NCBI GenBank assembly: GCA_016193315.1
Contig: JACPSJ010000004.1
Location: 1,708-65,707, forward strand
Direction of reading: 5' to 3'
Length of the DNA stretch: 64,000 nucleotides
Origin: Candidatus Kerfeldbacteria bacterium
Lineage (GTDB): Bacteria > Patescibacteriota > Patescibacteriia > SBBC01 > CAIJZX01
This document shows, piece after piece, positions 29,162 through 37,181 of this stretch. The first letter of the stretch is position 1. The number at the start of each line of letters is the position of its first letter. The notes below the pieces were generated by a model. That model saw only the letters and a list, made by a program, of their open reading frames with translations, was not told where the DNA came from and did not search any database. The position numbers and the translations under genes were made by a program.

Positions 29162-29185
29162 GGGGCCTATCTGCCCGCCAGGCCG

Positions 29186-29257
29186 TACCAGGAGTGGGGA
29201 TCGAACCCACGACCTCGGGCTTATGAGTCCCACGCTCTACCACTGAGCTATCCTGGC
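29186..29257 (-). tRNA. tRNA-Met(CAT), elongator-type or Ile2-type; cannot be distinguished by eye
   Basis: Sense: GCCAGGA TA GCTC AGTGGTA GAGC G TGGGA CTCATAA GCCCG AGGTC GTGGG TTCGATC CCCAC TCCTGGT A; G1-U72 wobble. Confidence 0.8.
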
Positions 29258-29326
29258 CTGGCCTGGCGGGCGAATGAGTCCCCCCCCGCTGTTTGGCGGG
29301 ACTCTACCGGGCTGAGCTACTCTGGC
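29258..29326 (-). pseudogene. degenerate partial tandem copy of tRNA-Met (acceptor + D-arm GCCAGAG-TA-GCTC-AGCCCGGTA-GAGT, then a disrupted anticodon/T region) immediately 5' of the intact gene
   Basis: The reverse complement of 29258-29326 reads as a decayed copy of the tRNA-Met 5' two-thirds (D-arm, then ...ACTCATTC GCCCGCC...). Confidence 0.4.
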
Positions 29327-29409
29327 TCGTCTTGGCGGGCGGGGGCTGACCTAACCTAGCGCCTTTTGGCGGGAGAAACTGTAACCCGAATGAAAAGATA
29401 GCGCAAGTA

Positions 29410-30597
29410 TTATTTGCCGCGGGAATATTCCTGACTGACCGTGACGCCGTATTGTTCCAAGTCAAGGAGCACGGCTTTCCGGGCGGATGAATCGAGTGCT
29501 TCAGGCGGGTAGACCCCCTGTCGCATCAAGCCCGGCCGCCCATGCAACAGCGCAAAAGCGGCGGCGGCCACGCCGGTAGGGTAAGAAATGTAGGTCGCAC
29601 CGGGGAAAAGGCGCGAAATTTTCTTGAGGTCTGGATACCGGGCGACGGCGTTAATCCGTATGTGGCGACGACCGACCCGGCCCTCGGTTTCGACCACCGA
29701 CAGGAAAGTACCTTGTTCAACAATGCCCGAGCGAATCAGGCGGATCATGGTTTTGGGATCCGGCACGCGCGGGGCCAGCTTGGCGAACAACTCCACGGGC
29801 ACGACTGACCGGCCATGAACCGTGACCGGGCGACGATTGAATAGCCCCAGACGGTAGAGCGCTTTGGAAAAATCGACATCGGTGCCGCTGGCCTTATAAT
29901 CGACGTCGCGGCTGCTGATGTAGCGCGGAATCGTCGCCACCTCATCACCATAGATGCTAACCGCCAGTCGTCGGCCGAAGGGGGCCGGAAAATTGCACTG
30001 TTGTGCATCCGCAAAAGGTTTGGTCGATGTATATCGACCGTGACGGTAGACCAGTGGCGGCGAAGTCAACTCGCGGAGGGCCACGACCGGCGACCAGGTA
30101 AAGATGAGTTCACTGGCGATCTGCTCTTCCATGACGCGGATACCAATGTGGTCAACGCGGTCAAGTTTCTCGGCCGTCTGACGGGCCAGGAGATTAGTGA
30201 TGCCCGGAGACACGCCGGCGTTGATCAGCCCCATCAGTCCCGCCCGACGAAACTGACGGTCGAGGCGCAGTTGCTCGGGATGAACGTCATCCTGCAGGGC
30301 GGCGTCGAGATCTTGGTAATGACTGCCAATTTTCAAGGCGGCCCTCATAACGGCCAGGTTGAAATCTGGCAAGCTAGCGTTGATGATGAGTCGAGCGCCT
30401 CGGCCCGCGGCGACAATTGATCGTGGGTTGTTCGCCTCAACCCTAACCAGGCGAATTTTCTTATGGCCGGCAATAAACAATCGAGCTCGCCGCAGATCCC
30501 GGGCGCCACAACGAACTTCTTCGACTGCCGGCCGGCGGGCAAGAAGTTTCGTTAGGACAGAAGCAACTGCGCCAGCACCTACGACCAGTATTTTCAT
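29410..30597 (-). CDS. saccharopine-dehydrogenase-like NAD(P)-binding oxidoreductase
   Basis: MKILVVGAGAVASVL Rossmann N-terminus; Sacchrp_dh-type architecture. Confidence 0.7.
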   Translation of the reverse strand: MKILVVGAGAVASVLTKLLARRPAVEEVRCGARDLRRARLFIAGHKKIRLVRVEANNPRSIVAAGRGARLIINASLPDFNLAVMRAALKIGSHYQDLDAALQDDVHPEQLRLDRQFRRAGLMGLINAGVSPGITNLLARQTAEKLDRVDHIGIRVMEEQIASELIFTWSPVVALRELTSPPLVYRHGRYTSTKPFADAQQCNFPAPFGRRLAVSIYGDEVATIPRYISSRDVDYKASGTDVDFSKALYRLGLFNRRPVTVHGRSVVPVELFAKLAPRVPDPKTMIRLIRSGIVEQGTFLSVVETEGRVGRRHIRINAVARYPDLKKISRLFPGATYISYPTGVAAAAFALLHGRPGLMRQGVYPPEALDSSARKAVLLDLEQYGVTVSQEYSRGK

Positions 30598-30722
30598 GTG
30601 CTTAGTATACCAAACATTTCGGTCTCGATCACTGTTCAGCCGAACTGCCAGGGAGCCACGTAAGATGGAATTAACATAACCAGAATTCTGCCCACGACCC
30701 GTGTCTTGGGTACAACCCTGGT

Positions 30723-30748
30723 TGCAGGAGGGGGAGTCGACCCTGGCC
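30723..30748 (-). pseudogene. degenerate duplicate of the 3' end (T-arm + acceptor) of the adjacent tRNA-Met(CAT) gene; has acquired ...TCCTGCA-ACCA
   Basis: tgcaggagggggagtcga-ccctggcc versus the intact tgcgggagggggagtcgaaccccctgcc. Confidence 0.45.
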
Positions 30749-30763
30749 AGCGGCGACCCGCCA

Positions 30764-30803
30764 CCGGCGGCTCGCCGGACGTTCTCCCGCCATGCGGCGG
30801 GAC
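30764..30803 (-). repeat. GC-rich hairpin repeat, copy E5 (part 1 only)
   Basis: ccggcggctcgccggacgttctcccgccatgcggcgggacc. Confidence 0.5.
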
Positions 30804-30884
30804 CACTTCTGGCCTTCTCCTCCCCTCGAACTTATGTCCAAGCAAAGTCCTCTCCATGAACACCCTTCCTGGAGAAAACCTTAC

Positions 30885-30956
30885 TTGCGGGAGGGGGAGT
30901 CGAACCCCCTGCCTGCGGATTATGAGCCCGCCGTGCATCCGTTACACTTCCCCGCG
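30885..30956 (-). tRNA. tRNA-Met(CAT) with initiator-like features (C1xA72 mismatch; GGG/CC in the anticodon stem)
   Basis: Sense: CGCGGGG AA GTGT AACGGAT GCAC G GCGGG CTCATAA TCCGC AGGCA GGGGG TTCGACT CCCCC TCCCGCA A. Confidence 0.7.
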
Positions 30957-31059
30957 ATGTGAATGCTCGTTCTGAGCCACCGTAGTGTAGGCGCTAACCT
31001 CGGCCCTGTCAAGAACCAAGAACATTGGTGCAATCGAGAAACATTGGTACACTACCAGC

Positions 31060-31599
31060 ATGTTCCTGACCACCCACGCCGCTGCCGGTTTAGCCATCAG
31101 CCGCATCGTCAATGATCCGCTGGCCGTCTTTAGCCTATCGTTCGCCTCGCACTTCGTTCTCGATTTCATCCCGCACGGCGATGAACATCTCTATGGTGAC
31201 TATCTCCAGCCCAGCCCTCATCGCTTCCGCCGCGCCGTGGCGGTCAACGCGGTCGACCTGATAGCGCTTATCGGTTTGGCGGTCTGGGCGGTCCGACAAC
31301 CACTCAGTCCGAGCACCCAGCTGATGCTCATCGGCATCCTGGGCAGTATCGTACCGGATTTCTTGAGCCACTTCTTCCCACTCCTTCATCAGCGATTGTC
31401 GTGGTTATTTCTGGTCCGCTGGATCTACGCCGCGACCAAACCGACCGGCCTGCGTTACGTCGTCCGTGGTCAAGATTGGCTGCATCGAATTTCTCATCAC
31501 CGAATTATCAGAACCGACGTCCCACTGACTGTCGGCGTGGTGATGCAAATCGGATTGGTGGCCGCCTTCTTTGCCCTGGTACGATCTTCGCCTCCGTAG
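31060..31599 (+). CDS. membrane-bound metal-dependent hydrolase (YdjM/DUF457-like)
   Basis: ...HFVLDFIPHGDEH... His-rich motifs on a 4-5 TM scaffold. Confidence 0.65.
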   Translation: MFLTTHAAAGLAISRIVNDPLAVFSLSFASHFVLDFIPHGDEHLYGDYLQPSPHRFRRAVAVNAVDLIALIGLAVWAVRQPLSPSTQLMLIGILGSIVPDFLSHFFPLLHQRLSWLFLVRWIYAATKPTGLRYVVRGQDWLHRISHHRIIRTDVPLTVGVVMQIGLVAAFFALVRSSPP

Positions 31600-31606
31600 C
31601 CCTGGC

Positions 31607-32299
31607 CTAGGGCCCGCTGTCCAAGAGCAGCGACGGCTGAGTCCAAACAAAACTCCGTTCGGCGATATCTCCCACCCCGCGACTGACGAGCGTCAGGTCT
31701 CTTAGTTCACTCCAGTTGATGGTCCGGTTGGCCTGGAAAACCGCCAAGCCGGCTTGCGGTGAGACTACCACCGCCGTGTTGCTGAGTCGGGCCGGACGGA
31801 TCATGGGGTGCCAGTCGAGCAATTGGAAGATGGGGCCTCTTTCAGCTGCCAGGGTTAAACTGTTTTTGACGTTGTCGTCGGGAATCGGTCCGGCCACGCT
31901 GTCGAGCGTCAGGAAGATCGCTATCGCTTTCGCCGGCAAATCAACCAGCTGTCGGTAGAGTTGATCTTCAGTCTCCGACCGTTGCTGGTCTTCGCCCAGG
32001 GCGGCGATCGCTGGGGGCAGCAGCACCGTGGCGGTCATCAGCACCGACCCCTGAGCCTGATCTTGACGCCAAGCCGCTTCGTAGAACGCGGCGTAACGCT
32101 CACGGGCTTGGTTGGAGCTGGCGTCGTTCGAACCACCAGTCTGGAGAGAGCCGCGAACCACAGAAAATCCCACCACCACAACCAGCGCGGCTAGGGCCGC
32201 CGTACTTCCCCCCACCAACCACAGCTTAGCGGGGGCTAAAAATAGCATTGTTGCCTGGCCGAACCGACGAGCTGGGGCGGAAACACAACCAGCCCTCAC
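31607..32299 (-). CDS. membrane-anchored hypothetical protein, last gene of the blaI-blaR1 cluster
   Basis: N-terminal TM then an extracytoplasmic domain. Overlaps the M56 gene end; the start may be MLFLAPAK. Confidence 0.4.
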   Translation of the reverse strand: MRAGCVSAPARRFGQATMLFLAPAKLWLVGGSTAALAALVVVVGFSVVRGSLQTGGSNDASSNQARERYAAFYEAAWRQDQAQGSVLMTATVLLPPAIAALGEDQQRSETEDQLYRQLVDLPAKAIAIFLTLDSVAGPIPDDNVKNSLTLAAERGPIFQLLDWHPMIRPARLSNTAVVVSPQAGLAVFQANRTINWSELRDLTLVSRGVGDIAERSFVWTQPSLLLDSGP

Positions 32300-33236
32300 G
32301 TTCGAGGCAGACCATCGATGGCGTGTCGGCAGAGCGGATCAGGCCGTGGCACATCCGGATCGTTTCCTGGCACAGACTCCGCGGAGCCGACGGAAAACTC
32401 TGGGCGGTGGCTGCGCTCCAGCGGGCGAACAGAACAACGAAGCCAATCACCGCCAGGGCGCTGAGCACGGCCGGCCAGCGCCAGAGGAAAAGTTTTGGCT
32501 GCCAACGGCGATCGAGCAACCGTTCGATCCGATCATGATTCGGGGAAAACGTCGGCAGCGGGCCGGTTTCAACGATCGCCAACTTCAGAAAGGCCCCCCC
32601 GAGCGCCCGGTGCTGTTGGTTACCCGCCGTCACCACGGCATCAGCGGCCAGTTCGCGAAGCCGAAAAGCCGCCCCCACCCATGTCCGCAACCACGGCAAC
32701 CAGAACCAGGCCGTGCCCAAGCTGTCGAGCGCCGCCGACCACAGCGGGTCACGGGCCCGGCAGTGGGCCTGTTCATGACGGATGACCGCGGTCAGTTCCG
32801 ACTTCGTCAGCCGCCGAACCAGTCCGGCGGTAATCACGATCATCGGTCGCCAGAGCCCAATAGTCATTGCTTTTGGCTGCCGGTCCGGCGTCACCGTGAT
32901 GGTCAGGCCAGTGGGCTGATGGTGAACCTGCCGGCCGGTGGCCGCCAGCCGACGTTGCCAGCGCTGCTGACCGAACAGGTGACGACCAAAAAACCAGGCC
33001 CACCGGCCGGCCACGGTGGTGGCCGCGACCAGGGCCAGGAAGGAAACGATGACGGATGAGCTGGTTAAGCCCATGGCCACGGTGCCACAGCCGCAGTTCA
33101 CCAGTTGCGGTTGCAGATAGGGAGCCACACTTAACCACTGCCGCCAAGCCAGGAACAGAGCCGTGACCACCAGCCCGAGACCAAAACTAGCCACGGTCCA
33201 ACGAATGGCCTGGTAGCGACGGTGATCGGCGTTCAT
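32226..33236 (-). CDS. M56-family (BlaR1/MecR1-like) membrane metalloprotease lacking the C-terminal penicillin-binding sensor domain
   Basis: HEQAH zinc motif in ...TAVIRHEQAHCRARD...; 4 TM helices; only 336 aa. Confidence 0.8.
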   Translation of the reverse strand: MNADHRRYQAIRWTVASFGLGLVVTALFLAWRQWLSVAPYLQPQLVNCGCGTVAMGLTSSSVIVSFLALVAATTVAGRWAWFFGRHLFGQQRWQRRLAATGRQVHHQPTGLTITVTPDRQPKAMTIGLWRPMIVITAGLVRRLTKSELTAVIRHEQAHCRARDPLWSAALDSLGTAWFWLPWLRTWVGAAFRLRELAADAVVTAGNQQHRALGGAFLKLAIVETGPLPTFSPNHDRIERLLDRRWQPKLFLWRWPAVLSALAVIGFVVLFARWSAATAQSFPSAPRSLCQETIRMCHGLIRSADTPSMVCLEREGWLCFRPSSSVRPGNNAIFSPR

Positions 33237-33312
33237 CCCGTTAGACAGTCAGCCAGCAAATGAGATGGCCTGATCTGATGTTCGCGCATGGTTGAAGGGC
33301 GGTCTAACGGGA

Positions 33313-33699
33313 TCATGGCTGCCGGTCCGTCCGGAGGCGATGACGCAACCGCTGTGCCTTGGCGGCGGGAATTCGGTCGACGGTGCTGAGAAACTGGGCC
33401 AGTGCCAGGTCGCCGTACTGGCGGATGAGGGTGGTAATTTCCTGACGCGTGGCCGCCTGGGCGTGCGCTTCGCGGCTCTGGGTCGGCGCGTACCGAAAAG
33501 CGCCGCTGGTTGTCGGCCGCCTTTTTAACCACCCTTGCTCAGTCAGTCGATTCATCACCGTCATGACCGTGGTGTAGGCCACCCGGTGTCGGGGCCGCAG
33601 AAAGCCGAGTACCTGTCTGACCGTCACTGACCCTTGTTGCCAAGCCACATCCATGATTGCTTGCTTCAGTCGGCCGAAGATTGTCTTCCGGTAGACCAT
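33313..33699 (-). CDS. BlaI/MecI/CopY-family winged-helix repressor
   Basis: ...VTVRQVLGFLRPRHRVAYTTVMTVMNRLTEQGWLKRR...; a typical Penicillinase_R fold, directly upstream of the M56 gene. Confidence 0.8.
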   Translation of the reverse strand: MVYRKTIFGRLKQAIMDVAWQQGSVTVRQVLGFLRPRHRVAYTTVMTVMNRLTEQGWLKRRPTTSGAFRYAPTQSREAHAQAATRQEITTLIRQYGDLALAQFLSTVDRIPAAKAQRLRHRLRTDRQP

Positions 33700-33754
33700 A
33701 ACGAATGCCTTTACGACAGACTGTAGCAGAGATGGGCCGGCTCAGCAAGAGGGG

Positions 33755-35311
33755 TTAGATGAGCAGCAGGCTGACCGTCAGGTAGAGAACCATCAGGGTG
33801 CCAACGATGGTCGGATGATGCTGCCGCTCGAGGTGGATAATGACGTTCAGCACGGCCACAATTAGCATGGCCACCAAGAAGGCCATCAAGAAGTTACGGG
33901 AGTAGGTGACAACGTTAAGGGCTTTGACGACCGGGCCCGACTTGGCGGCCGCCACGCCGGCGGTGAAGAGATCGGTATCGACCAGGCCCACCCGGGCTTC
34001 ATTCCCGACTTGGTCGCTGACCACCACCGACAGCACCGATGAAGGATTCTGGCGGCTATTCACCCTCACCTGACCGACAAAGGCCCCACCCTGTCGGGTC
34101 AAGAAGCTGAGATTGGATCCGCAGCTACACCGGACGCTCACCACATCCGCGCTGGTGGCCACCGCTACATCGTAGGTATCGGGCTCAACGGCTGAAATGA
34201 GTGCGTAGCTCTGTTCCTGATCGACTGTGGGCGGGGTCGTGTCGACCGTCACTAGTCGAGCGGTCTCGTTCGGGCTGGTCAATCCACGAGCCACGGCGCG
34301 GACCGTCAAGCGGTGCGGTCCGTCAGCCATGGTTTGTTCGGGACTGAGGCTGTAGACTCCATCCTGACCGGCGATCGTAGCCCCCACGACCCGACCATCG
34401 ATTAACAGTTCAACCCGGCTAGCCGCTTCGGCCTGCCCCACCACGGTCGGCGTCTTAGTCCGCAGCAGCGCTTCTGGGTCGGGCGTGGCGATCGAAGGTG
34501 TGGCCGGGGGTACGGGCGGCGGGGGCGGAGCAGGCGCCGGCGGTGTTGGAGATACCGGCGCTGGCGCCGGCGGTGGGGAGGTGGACGGCGCCGGGGACGT
34601 GTCGGTCGCCGAGGCCACTCTCGACAGTTCCTCCTTGACCACCGTTGGGTTCGGTGTCTGGGCTGGTTGGGCCGCCAGGCGGGTGGTGGTTTTCGGGAGC
34701 GGCGTGCCGAACATCTGGACCACCAGGATGGACTGGGCGCCTTGGAACTTGCCGCTGACTACGGCCACGCCGAGGTCGCGAAACTTGGGGCTCAGCAGGT
34801 TGGTCCGGTGAGACGGTGAGGCCAGCCAGGCCGCCATCACATCTTCGCTTTCGACATAGTCAATCGCCAGATTCTCACCGGCGTACCGGTAGGCGTAACC
34901 GGCTCTCTTGAACCAGTGCCACGGCGTCAAATTACTCGGGCTGACATGGGCAAAATATTGCTCGCGCAACATGTTGTCGGCCTTGCTTTGGGCGGCGCGG
35001 TTGAGCAAACTGTTAACGGTCAGCGTGGCCACCTGATTTTTCTGGCGAGTCTTGTTTGTCAAATTGATGATGTTGCTGGCCGTGACATCAGACAGTCGGA
35101 CCGGAGTCGAGTAAAATCCGACCACACCAATAGCCACGATTTTCACCAGCACGATCGCCGCCGCATACACCCCCAGCCAGTGGTGGCGGATAGCGTGTGG
35201 ACGATAATCATTGCCTTCATGAGGGATGAAGGCATTCTTCAGGTGGTGTTTGACGCGATGGAGGTGACGCTGCATAGAATCGCTCAACGACTTACGATGA
35301 AGGAGAAACAT
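33755..35311 (-). CDS. membrane-anchored CAP/SCP (YkwD-like) domain protein with Pro-rich linker and Ig-like region
   Basis: CAP core ...LNRAAQSKADNMLREQYFAHVSP...YAGENLA...AWLASPSHRTNLLSPKFRDLGVAV...; linker PAPSTSPPPAPAPVSPTPPAPAPPPPP; C-terminal TM. Confidence 0.7.
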   Translation of the reverse strand: MFLLHRKSLSDSMQRHLHRVKHHLKNAFIPHEGNDYRPHAIRHHWLGVYAAAIVLVKIVAIGVVGFYSTPVRLSDVTASNIINLTNKTRQKNQVATLTVNSLLNRAAQSKADNMLREQYFAHVSPSNLTPWHWFKRAGYAYRYAGENLAIDYVESEDVMAAWLASPSHRTNLLSPKFRDLGVAVVSGKFQGAQSILVVQMFGTPLPKTTTRLAAQPAQTPNPTVVKEELSRVASATDTSPAPSTSPPPAPAPVSPTPPAPAPPPPPVPPATPSIATPDPEALLRTKTPTVVGQAEAASRVELLIDGRVVGATIAGQDGVYSLSPEQTMADGPHRLTVRAVARGLTSPNETARLVTVDTTPPTVDQEQSYALISAVEPDTYDVAVATSADVVSVRCSCGSNLSFLTRQGGAFVGQVRVNSRQNPSSVLSVVVSDQVGNEARVGLVDTDLFTAGVAAAKSGPVVKALNVVTYSRNFLMAFLVAMLIVAVLNVIIHLERQHHPTIVGTLMVLYLTVSLLLI

Positions 35312-35356
35312 TGTAGTTTAGCAGAAAATAGGCCAAAAGTCAAGTGCTTGTGCGTC

Positions 35357-36034
35357 CTAGTCGACAATTGGTTCGCCGGCTTGGCGTTCAACCGCCAGAA
35401 TCTTTCGCCGCTGGCGGCCATCGTGGAACGTGCCAACATAGTGCGGCTCCGCACCACGTGTCCACGAGTAGGATGCTGGCCAGTTGGAAAACGCCAAACC
35501 CGTTTTGAAATGCTTGGTCGGTAAACCGACCGTCACCCGCGAAACATCACCGGAAATAATCAGTTCCTGGTGTGACGACACCATCGACCACAAATCTTGA
35601 TGAAGAGTGTCCTCAATATTCTTGATAACCACGACTCGTTCCCGCCAGTCGGTCAGCGCTCGGAGGAGGCGCCCGAGCTGCCGGCTGGATCGATGGAAAA
35701 TCGTCACCAGCCGACTGTCCGCCAGGGCGGGAACATCGCGCCCGGTCACCTGATCAGTTTTTATAGCCGGTCGTTGCAAACCGAGTTCGTGTTGGAGTGA
35801 TCGAACGGCCTGGCCCCGGCTACACAAAAAGACGACCGATTCGCCGCGTCGGACCAAGTTAGCGGTGATGATGATGGTTGCAAACGAGGCGCCACTCCCG
35901 GCTTGACCATGGATCAAGCAGGGTAATTGGCGAACATGGAGCCCCCAGGGCCGGCCGGTGGCGACCTCGTTCAGTTGCCAAGACATGGTTCGGTCGACTG
36001 GCTCAATCTGACAGTCGTGGTAGAATGGGAACAC
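35357..36034 (-). CDS. hypothetical protein with degenerate P-loop (GQAGSGAS, no Lys), RecA/KaiC-like?
   Basis: Listed ORF; weak Walker-A-like motif only. Confidence 0.4.
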   Translation of the reverse strand: MFPFYHDCQIEPVDRTMSWQLNEVATGRPWGLHVRQLPCLIHGQAGSGASFATIIITANLVRRGESVVFLCSRGQAVRSLQHELGLQRPAIKTDQVTGRDVPALADSRLVTIFHRSSRQLGRLLRALTDWRERVVVIKNIEDTLHQDLWSMVSSHQELIISGDVSRVTVGLPTKHFKTGLAFSNWPASYSWTRGAEPHYVGTFHDGRQRRKILAVERQAGEPIVD

Positions 36035-36060
36035 CTAATCCCAGGTAACGCCATGGTACT

Positions 36061-36645
36061 ATGAAATACTCCTTGCCACCACTCCCGTACCCCTACGACG
36101 CCCTCGAGCCGTCGATCGACGAGCGGACAATGGAGATCCATCATACCAAACACCATCAGACGTATGTCGATAAGTTGAATGCGGCGCTCGACAAACACCC
36201 AGCGATCGCTGACCGTCCGCTCGAACAGCTGCTCGGTTCGCTGGCCGACCTGAACATCCCCGCGGCCGACAAAATGATGATTCGCAACCACGGGGGCGGT
36301 CACTCCAACCACCGCTTCTTCTGGCAGATCATGGGGCCGAACAAGTCCGTCGATAAAACGCTCGTCAGCGACATCACGAGTGAGTACGGTTCGGTTGAAG
36401 CCTTCAAGAAAACCTTCAGCGACATGGCGGCCAACTTGTTCGGTAGCGGCTGGGTCTGGTTGGCGCGCGACGAAAATGGCAAGCTCCACCTCCACCAGAT
36501 GGCCAATCAGGATTCGCCTCTTCTCCACGGCCATGAACCAGTCATCGGGCTCGACGTCTGGGAACATGCCTATTACTTGAAGTACCAGAATCGCCGGGCT
36601 GACTACATCAAGGCTTGGTGGAGCGTCTTGAAAATACTACCCTAG
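36061..36645 (+). CDS. sodA: Fe/Mn superoxide dismutase
   Basis: MKYSLPPLPYPYDALEPSIDERTMEIHHTKHHQTYV... and the DVWEHAYY metal ligands. Confidence 0.9.
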   Translation: MKYSLPPLPYPYDALEPSIDERTMEIHHTKHHQTYVDKLNAALDKHPAIADRPLEQLLGSLADLNIPAADKMMIRNHGGGHSNHRFFWQIMGPNKSVDKTLVSDITSEYGSVEAFKKTFSDMAANLFGSGWVWLARDENGKLHLHQMANQDSPLLHGHEPVIGLDVWEHAYYLKYQNRRADYIKAWWSVLKILP

Positions 36646-36669
36646 CCCGACCGACTCCCGCCGCGTTTG

Positions 36670-36728
36670 AACCACCAACTAGGTGGTTCTTTGGTCATTA
36701 CCGGGCCCTCTCCTTTCCAAGAGAGGGC
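36670..36728. terminator. two GC hairpins (aaccacc-aacta-ggtggtt; gccctctc-ctttccaa-gagagggc) between convergent sodA and sufU
   Basis: 7-bp and 8-bp perfect stems at 36670-36688 and 36705-36728. Confidence 0.5.
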
Positions 36729-36760
36729 TGCCTCCGAGCTTGCCGAGGGGCTGGGTGAGG

Positions 36761-37132
36761 TCAGTGATGGCCCAGGGCTTGCTGGACCGCTTCTAAACTC
36801 AACGTGGCGCATCTTAGTCGCGCCGGGTTCACCTCGACGCCGAGAAGTTTCAGTACGTCGTCCTTCGTCAACTTCTCTGATTCAGCCCGCGACAGACCCT
36901 TGATTTTTTCAGACAGCATTGAGGCGCTGGCTATCGAGATGGTGCAACCTTGGCCGGTGAACTTGACCGCGGCGATTTTTTCTTGCTCATCAAACTTCAG
37001 AAAAAAATCCAACTCATCGCCGCAGAGAGGATTGGCCACGTGGGCATGATGTTGCGCGCCAAGAAGTGGTCCGAAGTTTCTTGGGTATTTATAGTGATCC
37101 AGAATATTTTGCTGATACATCGCTAGCGACAT
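36761..37132 (-). CDS. sufU: SufU/IscU-type Fe-S assembly scaffold / sulfur acceptor
   Basis: ...NPLCGDELDF...GQGCTISIAS...LRCATLS... Cys/His ligand pattern. Confidence 0.85.
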   Translation of the reverse strand: MSLAMYQQNILDHYKYPRNFGPLLGAQHHAHVANPLCGDELDFFLKFDEQEKIAAVKFTGQGCTISIASASMLSEKIKGLSRAESEKLTKDDVLKLLGVEVNPARLRCATLSLEAVQQALGHH

Positions 37133-37181
37133 AGCTCGTTTTCTTTATTCCTCCCCCGCCTGGGGGGGTGGGGGTGGTGGG

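Noticed and set aside
29021-29165. tmRNA (ssrA) hypothesis for the CCA-ended T-arm/acceptor element
   Set aside because: The 5' acceptor strand lies only 12 nt upstream of the T-arm (minihelix, not the ~300-nt tmRNA topology nor the permuted order). There is no tag-peptide reading frame ending in a stop, and no PK/P2 helices recognisable.
29258-29400. Four tggcggg words spaced 31-38 nt, looked briefly like a mini repeat-spacer array
   Set aside because: Repeat unit only 7 nt with no conserved longer repeat. The region is better explained as a decayed tRNA-Met copy plus E-repeat-like GC hairpins. No CRISPR anywhere in the window.
30885-30956. Possibility of a group I intron or other insertion in the tRNA-Met genes
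   Set aside because: Both tRNA-Met genes fold as contiguous 72-nt cloverleaves. The extra structured sequence lies outside the genes.
35270-35311. ACAATGT palindrome at the CAP-gene start as a BlaI operator
   Set aside because: Only 7 bp, contains the ATG itself, and lacks the TACA…TGTA dyad pair expected for BlaI/MecI boxes.
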